Origin: Paraspadella gotoi
Taxonomy: Eukaryota > Animalia > Chaetognatha
Direction: 5' to 3'
Assembly (NCBI GenBank): GCA_051294375.1
Contig: CM119265.1
Location: 17,785,193-17,849,192, forward strand
Length of the DNA: 64,000 nt
Position 1 is the first letter of the stretch. Each line of letters starts with the position of its first letter. Made by a program: the position numbers and the translations under genes. The notes below the pieces were generated by a model, which did not search any database, was not told the DNA's origin, and saw only the letters and a list, made by a program, of their open reading frames with translations. Positions 58,083 to 64,000 of this stretch are shown in pieces.

Positions 58083-58117
58083 AAACATGGCGGTCGGATT
58101 TCCGGTCACGTGACCGG
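58083..58117. promoter_or_regulatory. Putative promoter: YY1-like AACATGGCGG next to perfect 16-bp palindrome CCGGTCACGTGACCGG (E-box/CLEAR)
   Basis: Motif match only; ~3.4 kb upstream of the ABHD2 ATG. Confidence 0.4.
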
Positions 58118-58451
58118 CCGAAGGCGTTGATTAGAGGAAGGAAGTTGGGATTCGGATTTCGAATGGAGAGAGTGAGAGTGAGACGGCGAGAATAGAGAAT
58201 GAGACGGCGAGGAGGCGAGATAGGAAACAGTATTTTATCCGTCTAGTGTCGAACATTCTTTTCGAAATAGGCCGAATTATAATCTTTTAAGGAACGGTTA
58301 TTCCAAGGTGTTGCGCCCCATTACTTTTATTTTTACTTGTCATGTCATTTATTCCTTATAGTTTATAAGATTTCTTTACCAGAGAGAGGGGCGTTTACCG
58401 CCAAAGCTTTAAAAACAAAAGGCGGCGCCAGTAGTTGCTTAGATTTGATTT

Positions 58452-58596
58452 TTAACAAATGAGCAACAAACTATAGGCAAATTATAGGCGTTTTTAACGT
58501 AAGTGGGACAGACCGACGGACAGACATACCGACGGACCGATCGACGGACGGACCGACCGACGGACCGACCGACCAAAAAGTGACATAGAGTTGCTC
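58452..58596 (+). mobile_element. Short Helentron/DINE-1(HINE)-like non-autonomous element
   Basis: TTAACAAATGAGCAAC...TTTTTAACGTAAGTGGGACAGACCGACGGA + (GACC/GACG)n tract + CATAGAGTTGCTC; sub-terminal inverted repeat GAGCAAC/GTTGCTC; homologous to 32467-32552. Confidence 0.6.
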
Positions 58597-61549
58597 TATT
58601 TATTGTAAATATTGTTAATATTACTGATAACTGACATTCTCATCCTGGCAAGGAGTACCAATTCAACATTTAAGACAAGACAACTACGATACGAAGATAA
58701 AACAAGTTTGTTGTTCCTTTTTTTTTTTGCACGAGTTTTCGATACAGGTTATATCACACGCTGACGAAGTCACTCATTATCATTTCTTGTTTATCTTCAT
58801 TACGTTCGTCATCGCGTCTTCTAAATTAATCGGAGACGGGATTCGTAATTATCGCCAACGATGATTTAATTACAGATGACGCTACGTACTTGTTGAACAT
58901 ATTGAAAGGGTTTTGGGTAGAGAGGCGAAGAGACCAAAGGAAGTTGATGTTTTTCGATTATTTTCGTGTCTGTTTTATGTCCTCTCAGTTACGATCGAAA
59001 CTACTTTTTTTTCCTTATGTTTGAAGCCATTATCTGCCTTCCGGTTAACTTTTACATTCCAGAATGTTCTGACATGTGATATGTACTTGATCTAATGATC
59101 TCAGAATAAGATTTCTCTCTCTCTCTCTCTCTTTCTCGTTGGTATTATCTAAATTGAAACGATCTCAGACGATTCAGAGAATTTCTGAAGAATGTCATTC
59201 GAGAATAAAGACAGCGAAAATTTTGACAGCTTATCATAAAGCACTTTATGAGTTTATTTGTTGAATTATCGAAAACTGCAATCAAAATATTATAAAACAC
59301 TTATCCTGCATTTTTAAAAAAAATCAATCTCGAAACAAGTACAAAATTCTCCAGATCCTAATCAAAAAATCTTCTTTCTTTTTCATCAGCTTTTTATTTT
59401 CTATTCACAGCAAATCCTTTTTTTTTCTTTCGCCAAATGAATTCGTCTCGTTATTAATATTTTTTCCTGTTTTGATTTATCCATCGCGTGTTGTTTCTTT
59501 TCTCTCGCCTCGCTCGATAACCAAACTTCTTCCGAACCGAGATGTTTTTTTTTTTTTCTTTTTTAAACCAAAATGTCTTCGTCGTTGGGCGTCGAATTCG
59601 TTTCGAAACTCAGAAACCGGTTCCTAATTATTCTCCTCTTCTCAGTAAATCTCAACCGCAGGAAATTCCCCTAATTCTTTTTTTAGTTCCCTTTTTAGTT
59701 TTAATCTTTAAATCTCGAATCACGACGCGATTCGATTCGATCGACAATTGAATTTTCTTTCGACTCGGAAAAAAAAAAATTCCTGAGCAAATCTCTCAAA
59801 AACCGAGAGGTAATCTTCGAATCACAAGCTTTTTTTTTTTTACGAAAAAAAATATTGAGAAAAAAAAAACCCCCCTTCAATTTCCAGCTGTTTACACAAG
59901 CTCTCTTTATCGCTCTCTCCCTCTCAATCTGGATTTTTTCGGTTCCCCCGCACTTTTTCTTTTTCACCGCTCCCTTCTCTGAAATTCCCAGTCAAAAAAA
60001 AAAGGTTCAAAGTTTAAAAATAAAAATACCGATGGGGGTTTAATTACAAAATCTAAAATGTCAACCGAGACAAAACTATTTTCTTTTGCTTTTATTAAGC
60101 GTTAATTATTGATTAAACAACATAGTCGTCGTCGCCGTCGTCGTCGCCGTCGCCGTCGTCAAACCTCGAAAGTCACAAACCAGACAAAATGCGTTAAACC
60201 TGTTTTGCCAACATTTCTTTCGCCCCCTAATCGCGATTGTAAACAAACGGAAAGTCGGAGCTTCGTTGTTGTCGTTGTCGTCGTCGTCGTTATCCATTCC
60301 AAACTTTTCCGCAAATCCTCTACTCGGTTAACTACGCTCGTTTCGCGCGTCTTCCTTAGCAACAACTTGCAATGACAGCAAACAGTAAACGACTGAAATT
60401 TTCGCCCGAGAATTGAATAGTTACAAACGAATAGCGTCTCTGGATGGCATCAGATGCGGCATCCTTTTCAACGGTTTAACAGTGGCCACTGGCGAAGGAT
60501 TTCTCGTCTCGTTTGAAAAATTTCTAAACCGACGTCAGCGTCGCTATCGCTGTCGTCTCTCGCTCTTCTCGTCAGCTGCGTGTGCAGCGGGACTCCATCA
60601 AGATACGCCGCTTACAAACCAGACTTAAAAACTTGATAGACGCCTTTTTCAGTTAAACCAATTTCGAGCCATTGAGGTCGCGCGCTCCTGGAGGCTGAAA
60701 AAAAATTGTTCACAATCGAAAGTCACGACAAATCTCTTCTCCGACTCTCAAATTATCAAATAAAATAAAAACGGCTATATCTTCTCTCTCTCTCTCTCTT
60801 GTTCCCCCCCAGAGGCAGAGAGACAGGATACTGAGTCATTTTGATTCAAAGTGCACGACTTCTATTTCTTTCACTTCTTCTTTCGTCTCGTTGTCTCTCA
60901 AAAATTTTGGCAAAAATAAATGTAAACAGAAATTACATTTTGTCGTCGTCGTTTGAACTTTGTTGCGTTTGCACGAAATTTTTTCGTCGTCTTTGCCCGC
61001 AACTTTTTTTTCTTCAATCAACATTAAGTCTTTGGAAGAGCAAACAGAAAAGAGAGAGAGAGAGACGAGATGTGATGAGAGAAGATTGAGAGAGACGAGA
61101 CGGAGCCGTGAGAGAGATGATGAGAAGATAGACGCCTTGTCTAAATGTGGCCTTTTGAATCTCTTGGCCGCAAATCGAGACTGATTTTTTTCCCCGAAAG
61201 CGCCGATTCGTCGAACACTTCCTCTTTCCTCTCCTCGTAGAATTTAATTACTTTTCATTTTACTACTAATAAACTTCGCCGAAATCACGAAAACACTTTT
61301 TTTTTCAGATGTGTCGTAAGGAACTTCTTTTTACTAAGAGCAGAAAAAATAGAAAGCTTAAAAACTGAATTAATATTACATACTACGTTATATCCTCGAG
61401 TTACTTTGCCTACATACCGAAGTTCAAACCTGTAATACGTGCCATTGTAATCTCGCAGATAAGAAAAATGCTAAAAAAAATCCGAGAGTGACTGAACGAC
61501 TTTTGAACAAATTCCCGTCATCTTCGATCGCGATCGTCAACCGTCAATC

Positions 61550-61939
61550 ATGCCGCGACTCACCGTCACCCACAGCGGCTCCGACTTTTCCCGGACCCTT
61601 TTGGATCAATGCCCAATCCTGGGCGAAGACTACCGGCCTCCTGGGCTTTGGGGCCGCAACGGGCACGTCCAGACGCTCGTCTATTCGTTGAAGGGCCGCT
61701 ACGGCGCCTTCGCTCCCGAGCGAAGCGCCCGTCACGCCTGCCAAGCCGGCGACGGCGCCACGGCGTCTTTCGATGTCTTCGAACCGAAGACGCCGCACGC
61801 GTCCGGCGTCGACGTCACGGTCTGCGTGGCGCCGGGAATCGGAAACTCGGCGGAATCTAGTTACATCCGTTGCTGCACTGCGCTGTTGCAGACATCCGGG
61901 TTTAGGGTCGCCGTTCTCAATCATCTTGGGGCATTGAAG
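61550..61939 (+). CDS. ABHD2: ABHD2 coding exon 1
   Basis: MPRLTVTHSG...AVLNHLGALK, then gtgcgg donor; 390 nt. Confidence 0.92.
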
Positions 61940-61947
61940 GTGCGGTA

Positions 61948-61990
<43 letters not shown>

Positions 61991-62007
61991 GAATTTTTCT
62001 TTTTTTT

Positions 62008-62059
<52 letters not shown>

Positions 62060-62063
62060 TTTT

Positions 62064-62152
<89 letters not shown>

Positions 62153-63961
62153 GTTCTTTCTACTCCGTTTCTTTTTTTTCTTTTAAAAAATTTGGCCGAA
62201 ATAAATGTATTATGCAAATTAATCTGGCCAACAAATTGAATTAACGCCTAAATAGTTAGGCTCCCTTCAAACTCAACCTTTTCTCCACCACTTCGACCGC
62301 ATATCAATATGTACAATGTACAATGTACGTAGTACATAGTACAGAGTACTAAATACTCAGATTAAGTTCCTAACCTTGATCCTCTGTGTCTTCCCCACAT
62401 TGTTTCTCCCTCTCAACAGGAAAGCCAACCCCTGACGGCGCCGCGCATCTTCTCGTGGGGCGTGACCCTCGAATTCGGCGCCATGATGGAGGAGGTGCGA
62501 CGCCGGTGGCCGAAGACACGATTGGCCGCCGTCGGGTTTTCAATGGGAGGAAATCTCGTGACGAAATTCGTCGGAGAGAATCGGAAGAACGAGGCCATGT
62601 TTGAAGTAGTGCTCAGCATTTGTCAGGTTGGAAATAAAGAAAGACAGACAGAAAGAAAGAAAGACAGAAAGGAGGAAAGAAAGAAAGAATAAAAGAAATA
62701 AAGAAAAAAGAAAGAAAGAAACAAAGAAAGAAACGAGGAGAGAAAGAAAGAAAGGAAGAAAGAAAGAAAGAATGAAAGAATTAAAGAAAGAAAGAACCAA
62801 AATGTAAGAGAAATCTGTGGCGTCAGAGACGATATTAGACTCGATCCTTTTCGCCGTCAGGGTTACGACCTCGTCCGCGGGATGGCGCTGATGGAGGAGC
62901 GACGCCACCATCTCCGTCGTTTCTACCTCTGGGGGATGACGAGGAATTTGAAGCGAATCCTCAGGACGCACGCGCAGCAGCTCTTTCACTCGGACGAAGC
63001 CAAAGCGAGGCTGGAAAAGGTGGCGGCGTCGGAGCAGCGGGAGAATCAGCAGCGGACGGACAACGAACGCGGCGACGCGAATCAGGAAATAAACTCAAAA
63101 GAAGAAGAGGAAACAAGAAAAAAAGCGGAAGAGAAACGAAGAAACGAAAAGAATCGGGAAAGAACTTCACGAAACGAGAGGCCGGAAGGAAGCGCGGATC
63201 CGCCGGCGCCGCCAACGCCGCCGCCTTCNNNNNNNNNNGTCCGGCGTTCTCCGCCAGCCCCGCCTCTCGATCTCCGCCGCCTCTTCTCCACCAATCGCCT
63301 CAGCGTCGTCGACGACGAATACACGCGCAAAGTCTTCGGCTTCTCTTCTCTCGCCGACTTTTACGCCGCCTCTTCTTCCGCCGCCGTCATGGACTCCATC
63401 GAGGCGCCCATCGTCTACGTCAACTCGCGAGACGATCCGCTCGTTCCGCCGGAGCTGCAGCGGATTGCGCGGCGACTGGCGGCCAAGAAGCCCAACGTCG
63501 TTCACGTCGACGTTCCCTTCGGCGGCCATTTGGGGTTTTACGAGGGCGGGACGTGGACGCCGAACGCCGTCACGTGGATCGACAGGTTGGAGGGAGGGAT
63601 GCATGTCGCGTGATGTAGTCATGGGTGGGGAAGCTTGCCACGATTTGGGGGAGGAAGAGGACTGGAAACTAAGAATCGTTTCGCCAACAGATTCATTGTC
63701 CAATGTCTGGACGCCGTCTGCGCCAGAATCGCCCGCGAAGCCGACAACGACAGCGACGAAGACGGCGCGGATCCAACGGTAGAAAATCCGAAACGAGGCG
63801 TCGTTGAAAATAAAGAAGAGTCGGAAGCGAATCCGAAACGAGGCCTCAATAACAACGAGGGCGAAGACGTCGCGGATGAAGACGACTTTAAAGAGGCGAA
63901 GACAGGCTCCGGAGTGGGCGTGGCGAACGTTGGAAGTTGTTGGGGAGAATCGGCTCAATAA
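61550..63961 (+). CDS. ABHD2: ABHD2-type alpha/beta-hydrolase (monoacylglycerol lipase)
   Basis: Exons 61550-61939, 62420-62626, 62861-63585, 63691-63961 (all GT-AG, phase-consistent). Motifs CP.L...Y.PP.LWGRNGHVQT, DGAT..FD.FEP, PGI.NS.E..YIR, AVLNHLGAL, nucleophile elbow GFSMGG, S.CQGY, DDPLV (Asp), GGHLGFYEG (His) and TW.DR are collinear with human ABHD2 as recalled. A 10-N gap lies inside exon 3 (63229-63238). Confidence 0.94.
62005..62150. repeat. (TTTC)n microsatellite in ABHD2 intron 1
   Basis: long tetranucleotide run. Confidence 0.95.
62420..62626 (+). CDS. ABHD2: ABHD2 coding exon 2 (catalytic Ser, GFSMGG)
   Basis: caacag acceptor; ESQPLTAPRIFSWGVTLEFGAMM...VLSICQ; gttgga donor. 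Confidence 0.92.
62861..63585 (+). CDS. ABHD2: ABHD2 coding exon 3 (catalytic Asp and His)
   Basis: cgtcag acceptor; GYDLVRG...DDPLV...GGHLGFYEG...TWID; gttgga donor. Confidence 0.9.
63691..63961 (+). CDS. ABHD2: ABHD2 last coding exon
   Basis: caacag acceptor; (R)FIVQCLDAVCAR corresponds to the ABHD2 C-terminal helix, followed by an acidic tail to TAA. Confidence 0.8.
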
Positions 63962-64000
63962 TTCGACGGTCGATGATCCGCCAGACGTTTCTCTCGATCC

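Noticed and set aside
63167-63958. 263-aa antisense ORF (and 61544-61957)
   Set aside because: Shadow frames of GC-rich ABHD2 coding exons

Overview
Draft-assembly DNA from an intron-rich eukaryote, almost certainly an invertebrate animal (organism not determined). It has AT-rich introns, GC/CpG-rich exon-like islands and very dense (AG)n, (GAC)n and (AAAG)n microsatellites. Well-supported genes are the 5' half of a TRPC-type channel (minus strand, 6044->1798, continuing off the left edge), a complete 4-exon ABHD2 lipase (61550-63961, +) and tRNA-Gly(CCC) (56021-56091, -). About 9.2-28.8 kb consists of direct and inverted re-copies of one locus around 25-N gaps, with single-base indel noise between copies. 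This is most likely a long-read gap-filling artefact, and it scrambles an unidentified multi-exon minus-strand gene. Also seen: a TIR MITE, three relics of a Helentron/DINE-1-like element, promoter-motif clusters and several orphan exon candidates. I found no convincing novel multi-gene system. The best leads are small-scale: a TRPC microexon and duplicated donor site, an ABHD2 lacking its membrane anchor, a fold-back templated insertion and the hidden unknown gene.
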